Shown: positions 48,599 through 60,500 of the stretch, piece by piece
Position numbering within the stretch: position 1 is the stretch's first letter
How the letters are laid out: each line of letters starts with the position of its first letter
Virus record (IMG/VR): IMGVR_UViG_3300020047_004915
Source: an uncultured virus (IMG/VR IMGVR_UViG_3300020047_004915)
Taxonomy: Duplodnaviria > Heunggongvirae > Uroviricota > Caudoviricetes > Schitoviridae
Length of the DNA stretch: 64,000 bases
Direction: 5' to 3' (one strand)
Program-made: the position numbers and the translations under genes
Notes under the pieces: generated by a model
What the model saw: only the letters and a program-made list of their open reading frames with translations
Databases searched by the model: none
Told to the model about the DNA's origin: nothing

Positions 48599-51500
48599 TT
48601 ACAAACCCAACATCCTTAGAGTTGCAATGTTATCCACAACCCCAGGATATTCCAAAGCCCCTGCATGTAACAAACCACCCCCATAAGAATCCCCAAACAC
48701 ACCAGAATCATAGATCATCGGCAGAGCATCAATGTACTGATTCAACAGCAATGTAGTCAGTGAACTCAAAGGATGATTACGAGCAAGATACAAAATCACC
48801 TTCTGAATCCGAATCAAGTACTTCGTGAACATCACAAAACCCATGTCATTAGCCCACTGCAACTTACGATGTGAAGGTATGTCATAGTTGATGAATGCAT
48901 CTGAAGCAGCTTGAATAGCAGCATCATGTGTCATGGGATTACGCGCCTTATTCGTCATGTGTTGATACAGAGCATACCTAGCTATAAAGTCACTATGCTG
49001 AGTCACAGAGCTAAGTGTTTGATACATCCAACCATCTCTAGACATGTACAAGAACTTAGCAACTTTCTGTACATTCTTGTGCTTATCCAAGTGCTTGTTC
49101 ACCTTAGCAGTCAATCCACTCTTGTATGAGTAAGCATCTTCATCTGAAGCCACATCCTCAACAATAGTCGGCATCAAACCTTCCTCAATCAGCTTGCTCA
49201 CTGGGTTACGTGCAATATCATTTTCCAGCAAAGCAATCTGTCTCCGTGTTTCAGCCTCATCCCTTACATATCCAACTTCCAGTTGATGCTTCAAGTAAGC
49301 CAACTTATCTGCATCACGATGATAAGCACGAGCGCCTAGTATTGCAGTTCTCCAGTACTTCCAGATTTCAAACGGAGTCAACCCATACGCTATCAATTCA
49401 AAGTAGTTACTGGTGATGTTATTAAGCATAACGATCCCAGTCTTCATCACAATGATATCCTTGGTTTCAGCAACAATCTCTTCCCATACATCACCTACAT
49501 TATTCAACCAGCGTTGTGCACGCTCTCTCGCAATTGTTCTATCACCTTCATGGCTTGTGCGTGCAAACATGATTGAGAAAACATCAGTGATGATCTTTGC
49601 ATACATATTCCCTTCAGCAGCATTACGGAATACAGCATCAGTAGCACTGCTCTTACGATAACCGAAGAGCAAGTCCAGAGTGTCATAACGAACCAACATA
49701 CCTTGTGGCCCCCAAACCTTGAGAATGGCTTCACGAGTTTCCTTAGGCAACTTCAAGGCAATCTCTCTAATCTCAGGATCAGAACTCAAAGGACTCACAC
49801 GTACATATGACCTAGCATCTCCTGCTTTGTTGGCATGGTAGAAGTCATACAGTTCACGTACTACCTTCTCATTTAGTTCAAGGCTGCTGTCACTATCAAA
49901 CACATTACTAGCAAGAGTACCCAACAACTGACTGAAGTTATTGTTACGCTCTTGCACACTATCCTTGATATGCCCCGGAAGCACTTGCTTGTAATCAATA
50001 ATCTTCATCTGATCATTGATAGTAGGTCTAGCCCATAGTTGGGTACCCACTGTAGGATCGAAACCAGTGTAAGCAGTACTCAGTAATTGGTTTACATACG
50101 GTTCCCTTAGCATAACCTGGTTATCAATACCTACTTGCTCAATCTGACCAGACACAGTGTTAGGGTTAATACGCTTCATCAGCTTACCTACATAACGTGT
50201 AGACAAACCAGAGTAGGAGAACACACCACTTAACCAAGGACGCATACCGCTACCTTTGATGGTGTAGATACGTGCATCACTGCTGTTGTCATATCTATCC
50301 AGTTCCACAGGTGCAGACTTAGAGTACCCAAGCTGTCTAAGTCGCTTATCTTCCTGCATTCCAGCAACCATAACCTCTACGTGTGGGTTTAGCACTTCAG
50401 GTACAAATCCCTTAGGTACAAGGTAAGTTTTACCCTTGAACATCTTCTTGGTAGCTTCCTCAATGTAGTGTTTATGAGCTAACAGTGTCATATGCACACC
50501 ATTACCCTTATCACCACGCGAGAGTTGTTCACGCATGATGTTAGCCACCATCTCCCGTTGTTGGTCAGCAACATTACCTGACAAGATAGCTTGCAGGGTA
50601 GCCAACTTATCAATCATAGGTATGGCTTGAGTAGTAATAGCACTAGGCACCTTACCTGACTTCTCTGTACCAGCAAGAGTAGAAATCTGGATTGCATTAC
50701 CCAAGACATGTTGAGTCTTGTCTTCCTCTGTCATCAAGCTATGCCCCAAAGCCTTGGCAGTAGTAATGTAGAAGTTAGCCAGTCCAGGAATACCCTTCAC
50801 TTTCAAACCATTCAGTGATTGCTCAATCTTGGTAATCTCAGCCTTGAGGTAAGACTCATCAGAGAACAGTTTCTCAATCTCTTCCAGAGACATGGTATCC
50901 AGCAACATGAAGGCACCTGACCGAATCAGATACTTGGTCATGGCTTCACTTTCTTTCTTGGAGAAAGAACGCTTACCAAAGGAAGCAAGCACAGTATTGC
51001 TAACCGTAGTCATAATACCTTTACGCTGATTCTCCAAACGTTTGCTAATACGACCGAGTTTATGCAATGGAAGAGTGGCTTCAGTAGCTCCCCGCATCTC
51101 ATTCAACACACCCATAGCCAAGCCATACTGATGCTGGCCAGCCTTGCTATAAACCTTGCGAGTAGCCTCAGCCATTGCTTCTACTTGATCTTGTGCAGTG
51201 ACTCTCACAGCAGTTCCCAAAGCCCCTACAAAGGCATTCTTGCTCTTGGTGAATACTCTGCTATTCCCAAACTTGTACAGGGCTTGCTTGCCCTTGTTGG
51301 TGAGGTATTCAGTACCTGCTTCAATACGATCACCAAGCTTGTCCGGTTGCATGAGACGATGACGCTTCTTCATCTCAATACCCACCAAAGTCTTCAGCAG
51401 AGATTCCATCTTCACATCTGCTTTCTGACCAGAGTAAGTCTTGGTAGCACGACTCTCAAAAGCATTGAGCACCTTGTTAAACCATGACAGCAGACGTTCT

Positions 51501-54500
51501 GTAAATGTTGTAGGCACAGGAGTAGCTTCACGATTCTGAGAGCCATACTGGAATAGTGCATTGACCTCTTCTACACCCAAAACCATGGCAGCAAAGCGAG
51601 CAATGTGATTGGACTTACCATCAACACCATTCTCTACTTTGAACAGGAAAGCATGGAGAGCTTCAGCACGCTGCTGTTCAGTCTTAGTTGCAGCAGCAAA
51701 GTTAGGCAACATGGCTTGTGCATTGGGATACTTCTTGTATGCCTCATTGAACATCCGAGTGAGTTGGGTGTATGCAATGGTGGTATGACCTTCATTGTCT
51801 TCGATGGCAGCACGTACAGTAGCTTCAATCTGTTCTGCAACAAACTGCTCTTGCTCACTCACCACGAAACCAGAGGCAATGATGTCAGACACAAAGGGGA
51901 ATGATTGATCATTCACAGCCTTGGCATATACATCTAAAGGAGACAATGCAGAGCTATCAGCAACTGCCTTGGCAAGCGTACCAAACGGGCCATGAAGGGT
52001 GTTCACGATACCATTCAATATACCTTTGAGGTGTGCTTCAAAAGACGCCTGCAAAGTGCCTTTAGATAAACCATCAAAGATTTCTACTGTAGTGTACTTA
52101 CGTACCGTAGCAGCAGGAGAATGACTACGAATAATCGTGTCAGATACTGCCTTGGTAGTATTGGTTTCCTGTTCTGCAATCAAGCCAGACACATTGTTGA
52201 TCAATGCGCCAAAGACTGTTTGAAGTTTATCTTGGGTTAATCCAAGAGCTTTAAACACTGTCCGTACAAAGGCTTTGAATAGTCCTTCAGTGGTGTAAGC
52301 AATACCCTGAAGGTCAATCATGAACTCTTTATTGGTAATACCATAAGTGATAAATTCATCCAGATTCTGTATCAAGTCTGGTGATCCAAACACCCTAGAG
52401 TACTTGGCTTCAAGGGTTACTTTAGCCAATTCATACATCTTGGTAATTTCAGCAATAGCAGCTTTTTGTACGTCTGTTTGGTTCTTGGAAACCAACGCAG
52501 CAGACAATACAGAGTGAACCAGTTCATGCAGAATAGTCTCTGGAGTAACAGAACTATTCTTGTACATGTGACCACGTACATAGAGAGTGGCCTTACCTTC
52601 ATCCAAAACAAATTGAGCAAACTCGTTGCCAGTCATAACCTTTTCAGGTACATCACTACGTTTTACATCTTCAGTAAGATACACCACCTTAAAGTCAGGA
52701 ATAAGCTTCATGATGCTATTCAATAGCATATCGAAGTAAGGAATCTTGGCTTCAGAAGTAATAGCTTTCAGTGCTTGTACCAAAGAATCTTTGGTTACAT
52801 TAGGCTGTGAAAGTGCAGCCACTAACCCAGGGAATTTAGCAGGTGCAGTAGTCAATTCTCCCCACGCAGCAGCGTTAGCTTTAGCGGTCTGAAGTTCACT
52901 GACAATACGTTCAAAAGTAATAATCTGAGCTGTTACATCAATCCCTGCCAAAGCAGTCTTATCTCCCTTCTCTGAAGCAATAATAGCTTCAATCACAGCA
53001 AGAATTGTTGCATCTGTTACTGGATTCAACAGAGTCTTCAATGCTTTGATAGCACCTGCACGTTCAGATTTACCAAAGTAGGTGTAGGACGCCTTAGCCT
53101 CTTTAAGTAGGATACTTAAGTGGGGAGTTAATCCTACAGCAGTATTAGGTGGTGAGCTTTGCGTAGTAGGTGTGAGTACATTCACCAATACATTCTTGAC
53201 AAAGACACCCAAACCTTTAGCACTGCTTTCCCTATTACCAGCAATATTCAAGGTAGCGGGTTTGTGTTCTTCAAGGAAAGCTTTTACTTGTGCAGCAGCT
53301 ACACTCCCTTTCTTGGTAGAAACCACAAGGTAAGGTTTGCCGTGTTTCTTGGCAAGACGTACTGTCGAATCAGAACCTGGAGACTTCTCAGCTACATTGA
53401 AAATGATAGTAGCATCACTGTTCACTACGTTATCTTCTGTACGTCCCGGATAACTAGGAAGTGCATGTTCGGTTACACCGAAGTCTTTAAGAGATGCATC
53501 ATCTCCAGTTTCTGTTCTATACCCTTTAGGTGCAGTACCTCCAGTTTGAAGCCCAAGTGCTTTACCTGCTTCCAATCCACCTCGATCACCGCCAGTCTGT
53601 CCACCGCTGATGATCTTAGTTACTCCATAAGGAGTGCCTGTGTTAGTGGTACTAGCTTTCTTGGTTTGAAGTAATGGTTTGGTAGCTAAGATAGCTTGCT
53701 GTTGTTCAGGTGTGAATGCCTTATCTACAGTCATCAGCTTAGCTGAAGCAGCTTGACGCATAGCATCTGTAACTTCCAGAGCACCACCTTCATAAGCATA
53801 TTGACTCAGGTAAGCCATGTTAGCCATGAAGCCAAGTTTCTGGGTATCTGCCTGTGCTGCATAACCGTACAGAGCAGTCATACTCTCTACAATCTGAGCA
53901 TAGGCATCTTTGCTGTTAGCCTTTCTGCTAGGATCAGGTTGCTTAAGATGTGCAGCCAGCATACTGATATAAGCATCAGCCTCTTCCTTGGTCATGGAAG
54001 CCACAACAACAGGAATAGCTTGGATAGTACGCATCAAACCATTGGCTACTTCACGTACAGGAGAGTATTCAAGCAAAGCATTCCAAAGGTTTGTATTCAA
54101 ACGATGTGCTTGATCAACAATCCTACCCACACCAGTTAAATCAGCATCGTGGATATTGAGAGCTTCAGTACCTTTCACTGCACCATGGGAGGTTCTGCTA
54201 TCCAGAGAGTGAGTAGGCATAGCCACCATACTGACACTAGGAGAGTCATCCAGATTCTCATAGCCATAGGTAGTCATGGTAGACAGTGAAGTACCATCTT
54301 CCAATTGGAATGGTTTGAAACGAAGTACTGATCTATATCCCGGACGACGTGATTCCCTACGATTACGCTTACCCATCATAGGAATACGAGCATCAGCACC
54401 ATTGTCACTTTCCTTGGAGAACTGAGTAGCTACAGTAGGCAACATCCCTTTGATACGCTCACGGATAGCTTCCTCTTGTTCAAAGGTAATACTGTCACCA

Positions 54501-57500
54501 ATCATATCTCTGAGGTACTGGTACGTAGCATTGTAGATATTGAATGCCAAGTTACTCCCTGTAGTGATGGCATCCTTTACCTTAATGACCTTTTGAAACT
54601 TGTCATTAAAAGTAGCCTCAATAGCATCTCCCAAAGTATCTTGAAAAACAGAAGCCATAGCATTCAATTGCTTGTCTGAGAACTCAAACTCTACCCAGAA
54701 CTTGGTTCTGTCTTCTTCATAGGCTTTGGTTGTGGTGTCAATCTTCAGCCCTTCAGGAAGCAAACCATTGATATGAGTTACCAATGTCTGCATGGCTTGA
54801 GCACGTTCACCTGCTTCAGCATTAGCCACATCTTCCATCTTGTCATACATACCACTGAGGAATTCATTGAACATCCCAGTGACCAGCGTCTCCATACCAG
54901 AACCAAAGTGGAACTGAGTAGTAGATGTCTTTACGATCTTACGTGCAGCAGAAGTAGCCGTACCATCTTCCTTGATCAATGGTTTGGTGAAGTAGTACAC
55001 ATGGTTGAGTTGCTGTTTGAACGCATCACCAGCAGCCTTCATACGTCTTGTGAGGTGTTCTACCATCCCTTTAGCGTTATCTTCATACAAGTCATTACGA
55101 CCCTCTACACCACGCCATACGTTGTAATCCTTGTGCTGTTCTTGAGGATTCAAACCAAAGAAACCACCTCGCTCAAGGAATGCAGGAGTGCCATAAGTAC
55201 CCCATAGAAGATTGGTCAGCATAGGCCCATTAGTAACACCATCAGCTTCAGCAATGAGGTGTACAGTGAAACTATCAAGGTCTGTGCGTTGAGCATGAAG
55301 CATGTTTGCCAAGGCAATCAGACCCTGTAAACCATGGAGTCTAGTCTTTGTCTTGGCAACAGCATTCACAATGCTACGTTGCTCAGCATCAGTGAGATCA
55401 GCATCAGAGTAGATACGATCATAGATAGCTTCTACAGCAGCACTGAATACAGGATTGGTAATGGAATACACACCATCCTTAACAGTCAAACCAAGTGCTT
55501 TAGTGACATCATTCAAGGCTGCTTCATGACTCTTCTTGTCAATATCAATATCCAGAGCCAAAGCTACAGCAATCAACAAAGCATTCACTTCTTCAGTGTT
55601 GTTTCTGTCGATAGTGGTCTGCCACTCTTTACGAGTCATCAGGAAACGTGCACCAGCCTTGTCTGCCTGAGGATTGAAGATTGTCTGTTCAATACCAGCA
55701 CGATTCTGACTCCAAGGAACATTCTTCAGAAAGAAAGGAACACTAAAGTCATTCTTCAAAGTCTTGTTAATGAAGTCTTTCATACCAAACCAGCTACGTT
55801 CAAGACCTTCATTAACAGCTTGAATAGCGAGTACCTTAGTCTTCTGGGTACGCTTGTTGTTACCATCAACAATAACCTTACCCATCATTTCCAAAACATA
55901 TTCAGAATCCATACCATCAAGCACTACGAAACCTTCTTCATAGGCAAAATTCTCAATCTTGTTGCTCTCATTGAGAGTATTCAGTAATTCACTAGGAGAA
56001 TCCTGGAACTTACTACCAAGATCAGCAGAAGTGGTTTCAACAGGCTTTAAGGAAGGTTCCTTAACCTTCTCTTCCACACCCATCATCTTGGATACAATAC
56101 TTTGACTACCTTGACCAGACACAGCAATCATTCTGTTCTCAGTATCTGCATCAACCATCTTGCGTAGAATTTCATAGTCAATAGTTTCCTTCTTAGCTTT
56201 TTCTTCCAAAGTACCAACCATTACATTAGCAAAGCGAATGAAGTTCTCTCCAGATGCTTTAGCAGACTCAAAGCTCATGGTTTTGGTATGACCAGTTACT
56301 GCACCAATCTCAAACATCAGACGTAGGGCAATATCTCCCAATTGATTCTGCAACCGAGAATCCATGACTACTGGGGTATCTTTATTGGCTTTAACACCAA
56401 GAGACTCTACAACACGTTGTCCAAGATCATTAACCACAGCACCCCTACGTTCACCAATCAAAGAGAACTTCTTGTACTCTGCAGGAGACACTGGGAAGTC
56501 TTCCTGACGTTGAAGCAAAGCATTGATCTCTTTGGGGGTACGCCTGTACGTCATCCCACCTGCATTCTGAATGAAAGAGAACACAGCATAAGCAATAGCT
56601 GCTTTCACATTCTCTTCCAGTTCATAAGAGACAATTTTACCGTTCTCACGTACTGGAAGCATGAAGGATTCATACAAGTACTGGCTTTCAAACTTAGCAT
56701 CCTGCTTAACCAACAAACCATCAATCATAGGCATCCATTCAGTTACCTTACGCAACAGAATACCCAGAGCATGGTTCTGCTCAGGAGTACGATCCTTTTC
56801 CTTTATGAACTCATCAATAATGTTTGGAAAATCTCTCCATGTACTGAAAAAGTAGGGTACTGAAGCCAATGGTTTAGTAGTGGCACCCTTACCTTTGTTC
56901 TGAGTGAACTTACCAGACAGAAAACTTACTCCCCTACTTAAGGAGTACAGAACACCCGAACCACTATAATGTTCCTCTTCTCTGTACAGAGATTCTAGTG
57001 CCAGAGTACGTTCTTCTCCTTTCAATCCTTTTACTCGTTCTGCCTTACTAGGTGCTTTAGGTGTTGGAGTAACATCCTCAATTACAGGGTCTTCAGTAAC
57101 TTCAATGGTAGGTTCAGTACGGATTTCCTGTGTATCCTCCTGCACAACATCATCTTCCAAACCATTGAAGTTTTGGAGTGCAGCCAACTTAGACTGTAAG
57201 TACGCAAACGTCTTAGGTGCTCTAGTATCAAGCTGTGCAAGTCCAGTACCTAAGCCAGCAGTAGGAACTGCTATCTTTGTATTAGGAGGTATCTTTGCAA
57301 ACGCAGCATCAATGGCTTTCACATTCTCTTCATACGTAGCGTCAGAAAAGAAAGCATTACTTTGCATAGAAGGAGCGCGCTTTGTGGGAATACCAATTGC
57401 ATTAGGCTCTCCCCGCATCTCTTTGGCTTGTCCACCAAAACCTTTACCAAGCAGATTGTCCCCAAACAAGAAGATAGTATCAGGTTCAGCCTGTACCATT

Positions 57501-60500
57501 GCCCGAGTAATACGATCTCGCTTCTCCACTTTAGGTTGAGTACTGCTAGTGGCTTCTACCGTATCTGTAGCAGGGGAGATAGGCATATCCTTACGTACAG
57601 GGATAGGAGAAACAGGCTCTGGAGTTACAGCCGGAGGAGTTTCTTCAGTCACTGTGTTATCTACACCGACTTTACGTGCTTGAAGATACAAAGCACTAAA
57701 AACAGTACGTGCTGTTGTTAGCTCTTTAAGGCTGGAATCTTTACCTTTAGGTAAGACAGTACTGAGTATTTGAGGGATTAACTTCTCAAGTGTATCCAAT
57801 GCATTGTTTCTATAATTAGGCTGTGTTCTTCCTGCCATTAAATAAGAAAGTGCATTAAGCATTGGCTGTGTAACGATAGTACCAATAGGTAAACCAACTT
57901 GAGTAGGTGTAGGCTTAGCCTCACTAACCTCAGGAGCCTGTTCTGCAGGGGTTTCAGCAACCACAGGTGCTTGGGTAGCCTCCACTTCAACAGGGGCTTG
58001 TTGGGCTTCATTGGGGCTTACAGAGGCATCCGTGGTAGCAGCCACAGGAGTTGCTACATCAAAGCCAACAGCAATCATGTCTGCTGTCTCAAGACTAGCT
58101 GCTTGGAGTGCATCAGCTTCAATCTCAATAGCAGCGATCAGCTTTCCAGAACCCTTGGATACACTGAAGCCACCATTGATACGGAGATCGGCATCAGACC
58201 ATTCGTCAGTAGTGCTTTCCCAAGTGTTGTCTGTCTTACGAATGATATTGATCTGCTTCTTAACAGAACCATCCAGACGAGCATTCAAGGCTTCACGACC
58301 AAGCTTGGCACGTTGCAATTGGTTTGCTGCCCACTTCTCAATACCACGTTGTAAAGCCATAGCATGAGTAAAGTTGTTCTCACGAATAGCTTGAGCAATA
58401 CCATTACGGTAGTCAGTGATACTCTTGTTCTTGTTTGCCTTGTCTCCGTTGATCACAGTACGAGTAACTGAAGCTACATCTTGCATAGCATTATAAGCTA
58501 CCCGTGCAGCACTGAACTTACGAAGGTAGTTACGCTCCTTTTCAGTAAGATCAACAGAAGTGTCATCAGCAATAGCCAATGCTTCTTCAGGTGTCATACT
58601 GCCCAGATCACCCATAGAACGAATAAGACTGATCTTCTCTGGAGATACAGTTGTCTTACCTTTGGCTTTCTCAGCCAAGATGAGTTCAGTCAATGTGTTA
58701 CGTTTTTCCCAAGCTACTGTAAGAGCATCTGAAGCTGCATTGTATGCAGCTTCTTTTTCAGGAGTACCGTCTTGGGCTTTCCATGCTGCATGGTTTTCTT
58801 CTTCTGCTTTGTCGTAGGCTTCAGTGACTGCTTTGAAGTCATCATAGCGAGCTTCTCCGGGTTTCACAGTGACACTAGGAGTTACTTGCTGGTCAGCATC
58901 GGAGTACCAATCCAAATTATTCTGTGCTTCAGTTTGGTCTGCATGTGCTTGTTGTAACCCATCCTCCAAGACTGCTTTAGCATCAGCATCTGTAGTAGCA
59001 GCAATAGTCTTCTCTAACTCACTGATCTGTGTGGTTATTTCTTGAAGACGCTCTTCAGCCTCTTTCCTTGCCTTAACATTGAGATCAACAACATCTTGAG
59101 ACGAACCTTTTTTCACTACCAATTCATCAGTAGTATTAGTGGTATCTTGAGTACCTTGAAGCTCAGCAATATAAGCTTCATAGGCATCCTTGACATTGGA
59201 TTCATTGATACTGGTTACAGTGTCTGTAATAGACTTAACCTTCTCAGGAAGCTCTGCCAATGTGTTTATAGCATTCTGTACGTCTGTGTCATCCATGGCT
59301 GTACGGAAGCCATTAAGCTTATCCAAGAGTCCTTGGATGTTTGTGGTGTCCTTACCTTTGGATGTCCTATCTGCAAGAATAGCTTGAGCATCAGATTCTG
59401 CTTTGTTCAGGTAATCAGGTACACCATCCATCTTCTTCAGAACATCAGGGGTAAGTCCCTTAGAGTTCAGAAGTTCTTCAGCAGCAGCAATACGAGACTG
59501 CATGTCATCATAGATTGCTTGAGCCTTGTTAGATGCTTCCATACGCACATCAGGAGCAGCATCCTTATTGGTGACAATACCATGAAGGATTTCCATCCCC
59601 TTATTGAGATCATAAGTCTTGGACGTAGGATCAAGGAATGCATCTGCATTACCAGAAAGAATGGCATCGTTCACTGCCTTACGTTCAGCAATCTTGGCTT
59701 TACGTTTAGCCACACTTGCCTCTGTATTGCCTGTGAGAGCAGCTACGGTAGCAAAGGGTGCAGTGATACCTCCAGAAGCCAAACCACCAATGGTAGCTCC
59801 CTTGTATATCTCAAGATCAGAGGCAGGCTTACCAAGCAACTGACCTTCAGCGTAGGTCTGGTAGCCCTCAGTACCTGCTTCACCAAGAGTGGATTTGAGT
59901 ACATTCTTTGTCACATCAAGGGTGCCTACTCCAGCACCCTTCAGCATAGACTTCAGGCCCAATTCCCCGGCTTCTTTGACAGCAGTGGTACCAGCAGCCT
60001 TACCCATCAAAGCCAAGGGTGTAACAGCCTTATTGAGGCCCATAGCACTAACAGACATCATAGTGCCTACGTACTCAGCACCTGCCAGACTGATAGCATC
60101 CCTAAGCATCTCAGCACGTTGTTCTTCAGGGGGGTACTCACCCCCATTCTTGGCTTTGTACGCTTGCATCCCTTTGTTGTAGTACTCACCTGCATACCCC
60201 AAGGTAGTTTCAGCAAGGGCAATCTTACCAATAAGACCGGCACTACCAAGTGCCAACATAGGCACCTGTTCACCCATATATTCCATGGTTGCTACAGGAT
60301 TGTCTGCACCAACTTTAACCGCATTGGCAATAAGATTACCTATGGATGCAGAAGCAGAGATTGCATGAGATATTTTATAAGCCAAAGGTGCAGTATCAGA
60401 AGACGTACCTTCAACACTGATACGCAAAGAAGCCAAGTCTGCTCTACCGCCATCAGCAAGTTCTTTATCAAAAACCTTACGTGCACCTTGCTCAACATAC

